Shown: one piece after another, positions 37,976 to 47,367 of the stretch
Numbering within the stretch: position 1 is the first letter of the stretch
How the letters are laid out: every line of letters starts with the position of its first letter
Assembly: GCA_043228905.1 (NCBI GenBank)
Contig: JBHGNT010000016.1
Coordinates: 9,300,001 to 9,364,000, forward strand
Source of the DNA: Azolla caroliniana
Taxonomy: Eukaryota; Plantae; Polypodiophyta
Reading direction: 5' to 3'
DNA length: 64,000 nt
The notes under the pieces: generated by a model
Databases searched by the model: none
Seen by the model: the letters and a program-made list of their open reading frames with translations, nothing else
Told to the model about the DNA's origin: nothing
Translations under genes and position numbers: made by a program

Positions 37976-38010
37976 ATTCCTGCAGAGTGCAGAGGACAAC
38001 CGGGGGATGG

Positions 38011-38655
38011 ATGTCTAGACAAAATAACGACCACATCACCGAAAGAGGGAGACGCCACGCCGAACGGCAGCGACGACGGGAAGCCCTGCAGCAAGCCGTC
38101 GACGAGATCCGGCGCGATCGGTCATTCTCAAAAACGCTTCAGCAAATCGCAGAAGACGCACTGCAGTTCCAGGTTCTACAAGCTTCCGACGAAGGCAGTA
38201 GCGTAACCAGCCTCCAAGAAGCGGAGACACTACTACAGACTCTCGCTGGCGGCGACGGGGACGCAGCGGCATTTGCAACATTAGAGGCGGATTCGGATAG
38301 CGGGGAAAGCGTGGGATCCCGCTATAAAAGCAGCCACGAGAACAACCCCTTTGAGTCGGATCACTCAGCAACATCGGAGCCAGAGAAGGAAATAACTCTG
38401 GAGTTCGGTGACCGGCAATCGCCGAGGAGGGAGGAGCGGATACCAACACCACCCGCGGAGGAACCGCAGGAGCGGTTATCAACACCACCCGCGGAGGAAC
38501 CGCAGGAGCGGATACCAACACCACCCGCGGAGGAACCGCAGGAGCGGTTATCAACACCACCCGCGGAGGAACCGCAGGAGCGGATACCAACACCACCTGC
38601 GGAGGAACCGCAGGAGCGGAGACCAACATCGGAGGAACCAGCGCAGGAGAATTAG
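38011..38655 (+). CDS. ORF1 / N-terminal Gag extension with 12-aa repeats, ending at an in-frame TAG
   Basis: MSRQNNDH..; homologous to the N-terminus of the 33210 ORF; same frame as 38668. Confidence 0.75.
   Translation: MSRQNNDHITERGRRHAERQRRREALQQAVDEIRRDRSFSKTLQQIAEDALQFQVLQASDEGSSVTSLQEAETLLQTLAGGDGDAAAFATLEADSDSGESVGSRYKSSHENNPFESDHSATSEPEKEITLEFGDRQSPRREERIPTPPAEEPQERLSTPPAEEPQERIPTPPAEEPQERLSTPPAEEPQERIPTPPAEEPQERRPTSEEPAQEN
38434..38650 (+). repeat. 36-bp coding tandem repeat (ER[IP/LS]TPPAEEPQ x5-6)
   Basis: Alternating IP/LS units give a 72-bp higher-order repeat. Confidence 0.9.
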
Positions 38656-38667
38656 TGGGACGACACG

Positions 38668-41600
38668 ATGCCGTATCCGTACCCAAAGTATCGGGATGAG
38701 CCCGACGGAGAGGCACATGTGTATGCATTCCTGCGAACATGGGAAGCCAACCACGTGTCCCAGAGACTGACGGAGGCCGAGGCCGACCGATCCAAAGTCG
38801 CCGAATTCGGCATGACATTAGAAGGACCGGCGGCCCGGTGGCACGACAAGCACTTACCAGGCAGCTTCACCACGTTCGAGGCATTGAAAACCCAGTTTTT
38901 ACGCTTGTTTCATAGACGAGTGGAACAAAGGGAATTGGTCGGACAATTCTACACCACTCGGCAGGGAGAAAACGAGACGGTCCCACAATTTATCATTCGT
39001 TTCCAGACCTTGCACAGTCAATTAGCAAGAGCACCACCCGAAGAGGAGGCCAAGGCAGTCTTTTTGGCTGCGTTAAAAGACCCACTTCGAGCGATGTGTG
39101 GAATCATCGATTTCAGCACCAGCACAATGGACCAAGTCATTGATCGGGTCCTGGAAATGGACAACACGAGCCCCTTCTTGCCGATGGGGGCGTTACACCA
39201 GGCGCTTCCGAAGGAGGAGGACCTCCGGTTCCGACAAGCCCTACAATGCACAACATGCCTAAATTCGGGGCACTCGACCGTCGACTGCACCCTGCGTGCA
39301 CAGTGCATGATATGCAATTCTCGCGCCCACACAACGAACCAATGCGAGTATAACCTGTTAACTCGACAAGCGGCACCGGTCCGACACATAGAACCGCGCA
39401 ATCGGGACCCGGAAGAGGATCGATTCCGGAGGGACGACCGCTACCGACGAGAACGCGGCGACAGATACCCCAATAGAAGACGCGACAGCTATGACCGAGA
39501 GGAGAACCGAAGGGATAGCTACCCCCGGGACCGGTACGACCGAGACGAATCCCCGGAATACGAGCGACGCAGAGAAGAAAGGCGGCCAGGGAACCGGAAT
39601 TTCCGACGGAACCAAAGGCGTGGATTCTTCCGTAGAGAGGAGCGTCGGGAGGCAACAAGGAATGACAAACCAGTAGCGGCACCGGAGAACCGAAAAACCG
39701 AGGACAACCGCCGGGGAATGCCCCTCCCCCAAACATGGGAAAAAGGAGAATCCAGCAACACGAACAGGGTGTACTGTTATTACTGCCGAAAAGAAGGGCA
39801 TTACAGTAATCAATGCCCAAGCAAAACAGCCGACAAGCAGCCAGCAGTCAACATGGTGACAGCCGAAGTACAGCAGGTTACCACGCGGTCGAAGGGGAAA
39901 GCCGCCGAATGGGAAGCCCAGGAAGCAATCAGAAAACAAGCGGCACAATGGATCAAAGAAGCCAACGAACAAGGTGCGGCGGAAGTAAGAAACCAAAATA
40001 TGCCAAGGGAGGAGGAAATCGTACAGCCAGGAGAAAACCCGACATGGCAAGCACTACAAGATTGTCAGATCGTGCTGCCGTTGGCACGGTTACTGCAGTT
40101 GGTGCCGCGGTTCACAGCAGACTTACAAGCCGCCGTGAGCAAACCGACGCCGACACCAGCACCGGCCTTTTTCTCCAACCCGGAGGAAGGCCCAGCGGTG
40201 GTTGATACCAGTAGCCCAGCAATCACGACAATCGTCAAAGGAAAGGAGATTCCAGGAACAATTATTGATGGAGGCTCCGGGGTGAACGTCATTAGTCGAC
40301 AGACATGCGACGACCTAGGCATCCAGGAGTGGGAACCATGCCCCTTCTGGTTACGCATGGCGGATACAAGCTCAGTCCGACCAACGGGTCTTATCCGGGA
40401 CTTGGAAGTAACAATAGGAGGCCACGTATTCCGAATATCGGCCGTGGTACTAGAGCTGAATGTACAAGGCGCATATCCCCTACTGTTAGGACGACCATGG
40501 CTGCGAACGGCGCATATCAAGCAAAACTGGCAAAAGAATATGATCACGTTCCGACGAGGGAAAACAAAGGTACGGGTAGCCACGCAACCACGGGTGCTCA
40601 CTAGCAAGGAGGCAACCCCTTTATATGCCGAAAGCATCAACATGTTGGAGGGCTTACCGGATGAGGAAGTTGATCGGTACCTCGAGGAACACCCACAGAT
40701 CGTCCCACTTTTTGAGGTGGATATCACGGCAGCGGTAGAGCCGTACATCACAATGCCGGACGAGCCGGACAAAGTGGCGATCCGGGAACTACGCCAAGCA
40801 CAGGAAGCCCTAGAAAGAGAAATGACGATATCCCAAAGGGTGAAAGCATCTCAGCTGGAAGAGGTGGACCTCGGCACAACAGAACAACCCCGACCGGTAA
40901 AAGTCGCGAAGGAGTTGTCGAAGGAGGAAAAACAGGCAATGGTAGCACTGTTAACGGATTTCAAGGACGTGTTCGCATGGTCATACGAAGACATGCGAGG
41001 GTTGGACCCCCAGTTCTACCAGCACCAAATTCATCTAAGTACTGACGCGAAACCCATCGCTCAACGTCGGTACCGGATGAATCCAAACTATGCGGCAAAG
41101 GTGAAGGAGGAAATTGACAAGCTTCTCCGGGTCGGATTTATCCGACCAGTCAAGCAGGCAACCTGGCTAAGCCCGATAGTGGTGGTCCCGAAAAAGAACG
41201 GCAGAATCCGGGTATGTGTGGACTACAGGAAACTAAATGCCGCGACAGTGACCGACGCTTTTCCACTACCATTCACGGACGGAGTGCTAGATGCGGTGGC
41301 CGGCCACGAAGTTTACAGCTTCCTGGACGGATTCAGCGGCTACAACCAAATCCGAATGAACCCGGCCGACCAAGAGAAAACAGCGTTCGTGACGGAATGG
41401 GGAGTGTTCGTCGCGGTCGTGATGATGTTCGGATTAAAGACAGCCCCTGCAACATTTCAAAGGATAATTATGGAAATCTTCGGTGATTTTATTCCCGGTT
41501 TTATGCAGGTCTTCCTAGACGATTTCGCCGTCTACAGCCGACACGGAGAGCATCTCGATCACCTACGACTATGCTTAGAAAAGTGCCGCGAGTACCGATT

Positions 41601-43794
41601 AAGTCTGAACCCGGCTAAGTGCGTCTTTGGAGTCGCAAGCGGCAACTTGTTAGGCCACGTGGTGAGTCGGGAAGGAATCGCGGTAGATCCGGATAAGGTA
41701 AAAGCAATTCTCGACGCACCGACACCGAATAGCGCAAAGGCTTTAAGCCGATTCCTGGGTCAGATAAGGTGGCATAGTCGGATGATACGGCACCTTGCCG
41801 ACTTTGCGACACCATTGCACGCTGCTGTACATAGAGTACCTTTCCAATGGACAGAAACAGAGGAGGCAGCCTACCAAGCGTTGAAGGTCATGCTGTCACA
41901 AGCTCCGGTGGTGCAGCCGCCGGACTGGAGTAAAAGCTTTCACGTCTTCGTCGACGCGTCGGACGTAGCAATCGGCAGCGTTTTGATGCAACTCACGGAA
42001 CCGAAATGGTATCGGCCGGTGTACTACGCAAGCAGGAAACTCTCGAAAGCCGAACGGAACTACTCTACAACGGAACGAGAGGCATTAGGAATGGTGTACA
42101 GCATCACAAAGTACAGGCACTATCTGCTCGGACGAAAGTTCTCCTTCCACGTTGACCACTCGGCACTACTCTACCTGGTCTCAAAGGCAGCCCTAACAGG
42201 AAAACTCGCACGGTGGACGCTGCTATTACAGGAATTCGAATTCGACATTTTCCACCGACCCGGGGTGCAGCATGCGGTAGCAGACTACTTGAGCAGACTA
42301 GAATCCGGAGAATCAGGGGACGGCGTACAGGACGAATTTCCCGACGCCGAGCTGTTTAAGGTCACGACGGCACCGGCAACGGAGACCACAGTAGCGGACG
42401 AAGACAAATGGTTAACCGAAATGCATCAGTTCCTGAGCACCGGAGTTCCCCCGGAAAACCTGGACCGAGACGAACGGAAAAGGATGGCAGTACGGAGCAG
42501 ACATTTCTGCTTGGTAGGAGACACCCTCTATCACAAGGGGGCAGATGGCGTATGGAGGCGAGCAGTGCGGAGCGATGAAAAGGATCTGATCCTGAGGGAA
42601 GCCCACTGTGGAATTGCAGGCGGGCATTATGCCGGCGAAACAACAGCCCGGAAGATATGGCAGAGCGGACTATGGTGGCCGACTACCATGAGAGATGCCG
42701 TTAAGTATAGCAGGGAATGCGACCTGTGTCAACGACTGGGCCAACCCACGGAGCAGGCCCGGATGCCACATCACCCGGTCTTGCCATTAGAACCATTCCA
42801 AAAGTGGGGCTTAGACTTTGTCGGCCCCTTCAAGCCACCGGCAATGCGAACCGGAAATCGGTATATAATAGTGGCTACCGACTACTGCACCAAATGGGTA
42901 GAAGCAAAGGCACTACGGGACAACACGGTGGTGTCCACGGCCAAATTTTTATATGAATGCATATGGTGTCGGTACGGATGCCCGATTGAGCTGATCAGTG
43001 ACCAGGGAGGACATTTCCTCGGGCAGGTGGTGGAAAGTTTGACATCATTCTATGCGGTAGTACACAAACGAAGCACTCCCTACTACCCTCAAGCCAACGG
43101 ATTAGCGGAATCAACAAACAAAACGCTACAGAACATCCTTAGAAAAATCGTCAATGAGAACCGGACCGACTGGGACACGAAGTTGCAGAGCGTGCTATGG
43201 GCGTACCGAACGGCGTACAAGACTAGCATCCGGACGACCCCGTTCCGACTGGCATTCGGCTTGGAAGCAGTCATGCCAGTAGAATTCCAAATTCCTAGCT
43301 TAAGAATACAGGTTAAGGAGCGGTTAAGCGAGAAGGAATCCGAACGAATCCGGCTGAAGATGCTGTTAGAACTGGAAGAAAATCGAATAGCCAGCCTGCT
43401 ACAGCTAGAACTAGAGCAAAGGAGGAGGAAAGCCTTTGTAGACCGACATCGGCGCGGTAACGAAAAGGAATTCGAGGTCGGGAAACCTGTATTACTGTTC
43501 CAGACAAGGATGGGGAGCATGCCAGGGAAATTGCGATTTCGGTGGACCGGACCATTCTGGATCACAAAGGAGTACAATGGGTCTTACCAGCTCGGGACGT
43601 TGTCAGGAGAAGTTGTGGGCAAATGGGCAAATGGTTTTCGCCTAAAACCGTATAAGGGGCACATGCCAGCTAACCCCTTCAAGCAAGACCCGGAAAACCC
43701 GAATGGCGAGGAACCGACACCGACGCGTAACAACAACGAGGAACCGACAACAGGGCGCACCAACCCGAACACATCGGGGGGAACTGAACAATGA
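38668..43794 (+). CDS. gag-pol: Gag-Pol polyprotein (capsid, 3 CCHC-like knuckles, PR, RT, RNase H, integrase)
   Basis: IIDGGSG, FLDDF, FVDASD, HCGIAGGH..CDLC, WGLDF, SDQG, WTGPF; no chromodomain. Confidence 0.96.
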   Translation: MPYPYPKYRDEPDGEAHVYAFLRTWEANHVSQRLTEAEADRSKVAEFGMTLEGPAARWHDKHLPGSFTTFEALKTQFLRLFHRRVEQRELVGQFYTTRQGENETVPQFIIRFQTLHSQLARAPPEEEAKAVFLAALKDPLRAMCGIIDFSTSTMDQVIDRVLEMDNTSPFLPMGALHQALPKEEDLRFRQALQCTTCLNSGHSTVDCTLRAQCMICNSRAHTTNQCEYNLLTRQAAPVRHIEPRNRDPEEDRFRRDDRYRRERGDRYPNRRRDSYDREENRRDSYPRDRYDRDESPEYERRREERRPGNRNFRRNQRRGFFRREERREATRNDKPVAAPENRKTEDNRRGMPLPQTWEKGESSNTNRVYCYYCRKEGHYSNQCPSKTADKQPAVNMVTAEVQQVTTRSKGKAAEWEAQEAIRKQAAQWIKEANEQGAAEVRNQNMPREEEIVQPGENPTWQALQDCQIVLPLARLLQLVPRFTADLQAAVSKPTPTPAPAFFSNPEEGPAVVDTSSPAITTIVKGKEIPGTIIDGGSGVNVISRQTCDDLGIQEWEPCPFWLRMADTSSVRPTGLIRDLEVTIGGHVFRISAVVLELNVQGAYPLLLGRPWLRTAHIKQNWQKNMITFRRGKTKVRVATQPRVLTSKEATPLYAESINMLEGLPDEEVDRYLEEHPQIVPLFEVDITAAVEPYITMPDEPDKVAIRELRQAQEALEREMTISQRVKASQLEEVDLGTTEQPRPVKVAKELSKEEKQAMVALLTDFKDVFAWSYEDMRGLDPQFYQHQIHLSTDAKPIAQRRYRMNPNYAAKVKEEIDKLLRVGFIRPVKQATWLSPIVVVPKKNGRIRVCVDYRKLNAATVTDAFPLPFTDGVLDAVAGHEVYSFLDGFSGYNQIRMNPADQEKTAFVTEWGVFVAVVMMFGLKTAPATFQRIIMEIFGDFIPGFMQVFLDDFAVYSRHGEHLDHLRLCLEKCREYRLSLNPAKCVFGVASGNLLGHVVSREGIAVDPDKVKAILDAPTPNSAKALSRFLGQIRWHSRMIRHLADFATPLHAAVHRVPFQWTETEEAAYQALKVMLSQAPVVQPPDWSKSFHVFVDASDVAIGSVLMQLTEPKWYRPVYYASRKLSKAERNYSTTEREALGMVYSITKYRHYLLGRKFSFHVDHSALLYLVSKAALTGKLARWTLLLQEFEFDIFHRPGVQHAVADYLSRLESGESGDGVQDEFPDAELFKVTTAPATETTVADEDKWLTEMHQFLSTGVPPENLDRDERKRMAVRSRHFCLVGDTLYHKGADGVWRRAVRSDEKDLILREAHCGIAGGHYAGETTARKIWQSGLWWPTTMRDAVKYSRECDLCQRLGQPTEQARMPHHPVLPLEPFQKWGLDFVGPFKPPAMRTGNRYIIVATDYCTKWVEAKALRDNTVVSTAKFLYECIWCRYGCPIELISDQGGHFLGQVVESLTSFYAVVHKRSTPYYPQANGLAESTNKTLQNILRKIVNENRTDWDTKLQSVLWAYRTAYKTSIRTTPFRLAFGLEAVMPVEFQIPSLRIQVKERLSEKESERIRLKMLLELEENRIASLLQLELEQRRRKAFVDRHRRGNEKEFEVGKPVLLFQTRMGSMPGKLRFRWTGPFWITKEYNGSYQLGTLSGEVVGKWANGFRLKPYKGHMPANPFKQDPENPNGEEPTPTRNNNEEPTTGRTNPNTSGGTEQ

Positions 43795-43818
43795 TGCGGC
43801 TGATTAAAATAAATAAAT

Positions 43819-43842
43819 AAAAAAAAAAAAAAAAAAAAAAAA
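43819..43842 (+). repeat. A24 tract after the pol stop, preceded by AATAAA repeats
   Basis: AAAATAAATAAAT followed by 24 A. Confidence 0.9.
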
Positions 43843-44083
43843 TGATGACGTGGTGCTACGGTCAAGAAAATTCAAGACAAGAAGATCAAGAAAATCATGG
43901 TAATGATGAAGGAGGTAGTTACAACCGTCACACGGGTGCACGAGCTATTTAAAGCACAGAACGTGGGGGCCGATGTACAGAATTTAAAACGCGCGTCAAT
44001 TAAGGAGTCATAATGACAGACACGTAGGAGATTCGACACACGCGGCAAAGAAGCGCAAGCATGACACGCGGCAGCAAAGGACA

Positions 44084-44295
44084 GACATACTATTCATGAC
44101 ACAGCATGCGCAGGCGCCAAAAATAGGACATGCTATTCATGATAGAGCATGCGCAGGCGCCAAAAATAGGACATGCTAGTCAAGGCAGAACACGTGCAGC
44201 CGCCGAAATTAAAAAGGGAGATGCTAATTATGGCAGAAGATACGCACGCGCGAAAAACAGGAAAAGGCGGCTCGAGGGAAACACCACTATATAAA
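44084..44295 (+). promoter_or_regulatory. Putative internal promoter for the 3' ORF
   Basis: 43-bp tandem duplication 44084-44169, ACGT/ACGCG boxes, and TATATAAA at 44288-44295, about 135 nt before ATG 44431. Confidence 0.5.
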
Positions 44296-44430
44296 GGAAG
44301 AACCGGGGAAGGGTTCACTTTTTACGAATTTTCCCACAAGCAAACGCAGGCTCAAGACAGCAAGATCCGACGCGCAGAACACCTACACCCCAACCTCAGA
44401 CCACCGGCAGCAGCAGACGAAGAAGAAGCG

Positions 44431-47319
44431 ATGGCACTGTCGGACGGAGCGCGACAATGGCTGACGGAGAACGGATTAGGAGGGCTGCTGCGGGTCGCTG
44501 ACGCTCCACCACACAAGGAACCAGAGCAGGCGGCAACAGCGGTGGACTTAGCAGAGGTCACTGAAGGAGCGGTACAAGCGCTCACAGGGATTTCGGAGGG
44601 AGGATTTCAGACGATAGAGCTACCCTCGAGCCAAATATTCTTCGAGTATTTCGGCGAATATTCCCTCAGCAGCAAGGCGTATCGCACACAGGGCGGAGAG
44701 AACCTGCTGTTCGGAGAGGTGGCCCGCGCCCTGATGGAGTACGGGTTCGTGAACCCTCGTCCGGCAGCCATAGCCAAATACCGAGCAGCGATCGTCATCG
44801 CGACATTCGAAGGCCTGCAGGTGGACTGGCTCCATTTCATCACCGAAGGACTGAAAGAGGCGATAAAGCACTTGGTGGAAGGGAAGAAGCCATGGGCCGG
44901 AATATCCCAATGGTTAACAGTGTTGGTCCCACCGGTGTCCCCCATCAAGCACAAGCAAAGAAGTCGGCAGGAGACTACCCCGAAGCAAACCATGAAGCGC
45001 CGACGAATCCTAGAGAAACACACTCCAGGATGGACACAGGAAGAAGAAGCGCCGCGGAAAGAAGGCTCATCTCGACAACCGCGGGAGGAAGACTCATCCC
45101 GACAGCAAAGGGAGGAAGGCCCATCATGGCAGCCACAGAAACAGCAACAACAACCGACAACGAAGAAGAAAAAGGCGGAAAAAGGTAAGGAAAAGCTGGC
45201 AAAGAAGACCAGCAAGAGGCAAACCGACACCGAACCAGGAACGCTCGAATCGGAACCGGTACCAGTAAAGGAACCAATAGTGGCACCGACGGAGGACGCT
45301 GAAACAGAGGAAGACTCATCCGAACCGATGTTAATACTACCACCCAGGCAAGGAAAGGAGAAACGAGCGACAAGACTAACCCCAACAGCGGACGGAACTC
45401 AGCAACGGGCAAAAGAACCGCCTCCAGTAACCGGTACAGAAGCGACACAGGATGAAGGTCCGTCTGCACCAGAGACGGCAGTACCGGAACCGACGGCGGC
45501 GGAGTTCGAAGAACAAAGAAAGGAACAAGCGCCGGAACAAGAGAAGAGGCCGGAGAAACAGCCGGAAAAACAGCCGGAGCTAGGCACGCCTGCTGACACC
45601 AACGAAGGCAGAACAAAGGCACAATGGTTAAGGTGGTTGTCAGGGCAGTTGTCGGGAGTAGCAGACCAGATGGAGAAAGAGGAGAAGCAAAGAGAAGAAG
45701 TGACTAGGTCGATGACTAAGGATATGGTCATGCTCCGGGCACAATTACATGAGCTGCAAGAAGAGCTAGCACAGGCAAAAGAAGGCAGCCGACAAGCACA
45801 AGATGGCACCGAGCCGGTCGGGACATCAGAAAAGCAAGCCGAACCAGAAACGGAGAGGGCCTTGCAAACCGGCCCTGAGACCGAGAAGTTAATAGCAACT
45901 TTGAAAGAAGAATTACAGGCTCAGGAGGCATTGAGAGTTAACGAAAGAGAACAGCGGAAGTTGGTAGAAGACGACAGACGGCGAATGGAGGAAGGCCTTC
46001 GCCGAAGCAAAGCCACCAATGACCGACTACAAGAAGAAAACGGGACACTGCAAAAGGAAAAAGATAGGCTGCGCCGACGAATGGAGCAGGAAATTGAGCG
46101 GTTGCGAGAGGAACTCCGACAACAAAAGGACCGGGATGATCAGTTGCGAGCTCAGGCGAACCGACGCCTAAAACAGAAGACGAAGGAATTCGACAGACTA
46201 TGTAAGGATTATAAACAGGCCACGTCGGACATCAAGAATCAGGCAGCAACGTACGACCGACAGATAGAGAAGCTGAAAGAGCAGCTCAAGGAAAACCGCT
46301 TGGAATTGTCCAAAGCAAGGGAGGAAGTATCGGCGGAGAAGACCTTGACGTCGGAACAAAGAAAGGAGATGGAAGTACTTCGGCAGAAAGTAGGGGAACT
46401 GACAAAGAGCCGGAACGAGGAAAAAGTGAAGTCGACTTTCGAAATCAACAAATGGCGGAGTACCTGTGACAAGCAAAAAGCCGACTCTGAAGCTCAAGCT
46501 CAGTTAATGGCCGACATCATCAAACGGATAAGGAAGGAAAAACAAGCAGCTTCGGAACAGGCTAAAGCAGGGGTTGACCGAATTAAGTTCATCATGTCAA
46601 GCTGGAGTGCCCGAGCTCAGGCCAGCATAAATGAAAGCACGGAGAAACTCTGGAAGGAATGGGCACAACAGGCAGCTGAACTGCAGACACTCCGAGCCGA
46701 TGCAGAAAATCGGAAGAAAACTGGAGATGGGTTCTATAAAATGGACGAAGAAAGTATCGTCAACATCCGGGAAGAATTGTCAGAGGATTTCTATGCCCTA
46801 GCAGAAGAGCATCTCAAGGAAATCCGAGGGTTAGTAGAGAGGTTGGATGACGGGCAGCTCGAAACCCAACTAGAATTGGAAGGGTACGAGAAGGACCGAC
46901 TGCGACAGGAAGCCGAGGGACACACAACGCCGATCTCCATTAGTGAGGGCGAGCGACCGGCTGAAGAGGATCCAACCAACAATGCACCCCGACAAGAATT
47001 ACCCGAGGAAGAACTTCCGGAGCAAGAGCAGGTGGATGCCGGGGATGATGCAGAGTGGAGACAGAGAAGTACCGAATCCGGGGAGGAAAGGACACAACCA
47101 GTGGAAACCGGAGAGAGCGATACCGGGAACGGAACGGAGGTGGAGCAGGACAGACCCGGACAGGATACAGAAGAAACACCGGTACCACCGGTACAAGCAG
47201 AGTCGGAGCAGCAAGATGCGAAAAGGCAGCCAATCCAATCGGACGTCGGAGACGGCACAGGCAAAACAACACTTGAAACCTCGGAGCGGAGTTTGCCTGA
47301 TAATTTGGAGGAAGACTGA
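44431..47319 (+). CDS. Extra 3' ORF: globular N-domain, basic/NLS-like linker, long coiled coil, acidic tail
   Basis: Open from 44173; ATG 44431 (GCGATGG) follows the TATA box. Homologous remnants at 520-2307 and 8990-9410. Confidence 0.85.
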   Translation: MALSDGARQWLTENGLGGLLRVADAPPHKEPEQAATAVDLAEVTEGAVQALTGISEGGFQTIELPSSQIFFEYFGEYSLSSKAYRTQGGENLLFGEVARALMEYGFVNPRPAAIAKYRAAIVIATFEGLQVDWLHFITEGLKEAIKHLVEGKKPWAGISQWLTVLVPPVSPIKHKQRSRQETTPKQTMKRRRILEKHTPGWTQEEEAPRKEGSSRQPREEDSSRQQREEGPSWQPQKQQQQPTTKKKKAEKGKEKLAKKTSKRQTDTEPGTLESEPVPVKEPIVAPTEDAETEEDSSEPMLILPPRQGKEKRATRLTPTADGTQQRAKEPPPVTGTEATQDEGPSAPETAVPEPTAAEFEEQRKEQAPEQEKRPEKQPEKQPELGTPADTNEGRTKAQWLRWLSGQLSGVADQMEKEEKQREEVTRSMTKDMVMLRAQLHELQEELAQAKEGSRQAQDGTEPVGTSEKQAEPETERALQTGPETEKLIATLKEELQAQEALRVNEREQRKLVEDDRRRMEEGLRRSKATNDRLQEENGTLQKEKDRLRRRMEQEIERLREELRQQKDRDDQLRAQANRRLKQKTKEFDRLCKDYKQATSDIKNQAATYDRQIEKLKEQLKENRLELSKAREEVSAEKTLTSEQRKEMEVLRQKVGELTKSRNEEKVKSTFEINKWRSTCDKQKADSEAQAQLMADIIKRIRKEKQAASEQAKAGVDRIKFIMSSWSARAQASINESTEKLWKEWAQQAAELQTLRADAENRKKTGDGFYKMDEESIVNIREELSEDFYALAEEHLKEIRGLVERLDDGQLETQLELEGYEKDRLRQEAEGHTTPISISEGERPAEEDPTNNAPRQELPEEELPEQEQVDAGDDAEWRQRSTESGEERTQPVETGESDTGNGTEVEQDRPGQDTEETPVPPVQAESEQQDAKRQPIQSDVGDGTGKTTLETSERSLPDNLEED

Positions 47320-47326
47320 AGCCGGC

Positions 47327-47367
47327 TGTGGGTTCGAAGTGCAATGCACTTTCCCACGGGCGTGCCA
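47327..47367 (+). other. tRNA-Arg 3'-half-like motif ending in CCA in place of the PPT (an antisense PBS)
   Basis: TGTGGGTTCGA-agtgcaatgcactt-TCCCACGGGCGTG-CCA, then TG and the LTR. The minus strand reads LTR-CA-TGGCACGCCCGTGGGA. Confidence 0.8.

Noticed and set aside
43650-43794. Integrase chromodomain
   Set aside because: Only a short low-complexity tail follows the GPF module.
44173-47319. Host myosin/SMC gene or retroviral env
   Set aside because: Lies between near-identical LTRs, is intronless, has no ATPase motifs and shows no signal peptide or TM helix.
47327-47367. Functional tRNA gene or SINE
   Set aside because: No D-arm, anticodon arm or A-box, the T-loop is interrupted, and CCA is encoded. 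Kept only as a tRNA-like motif.
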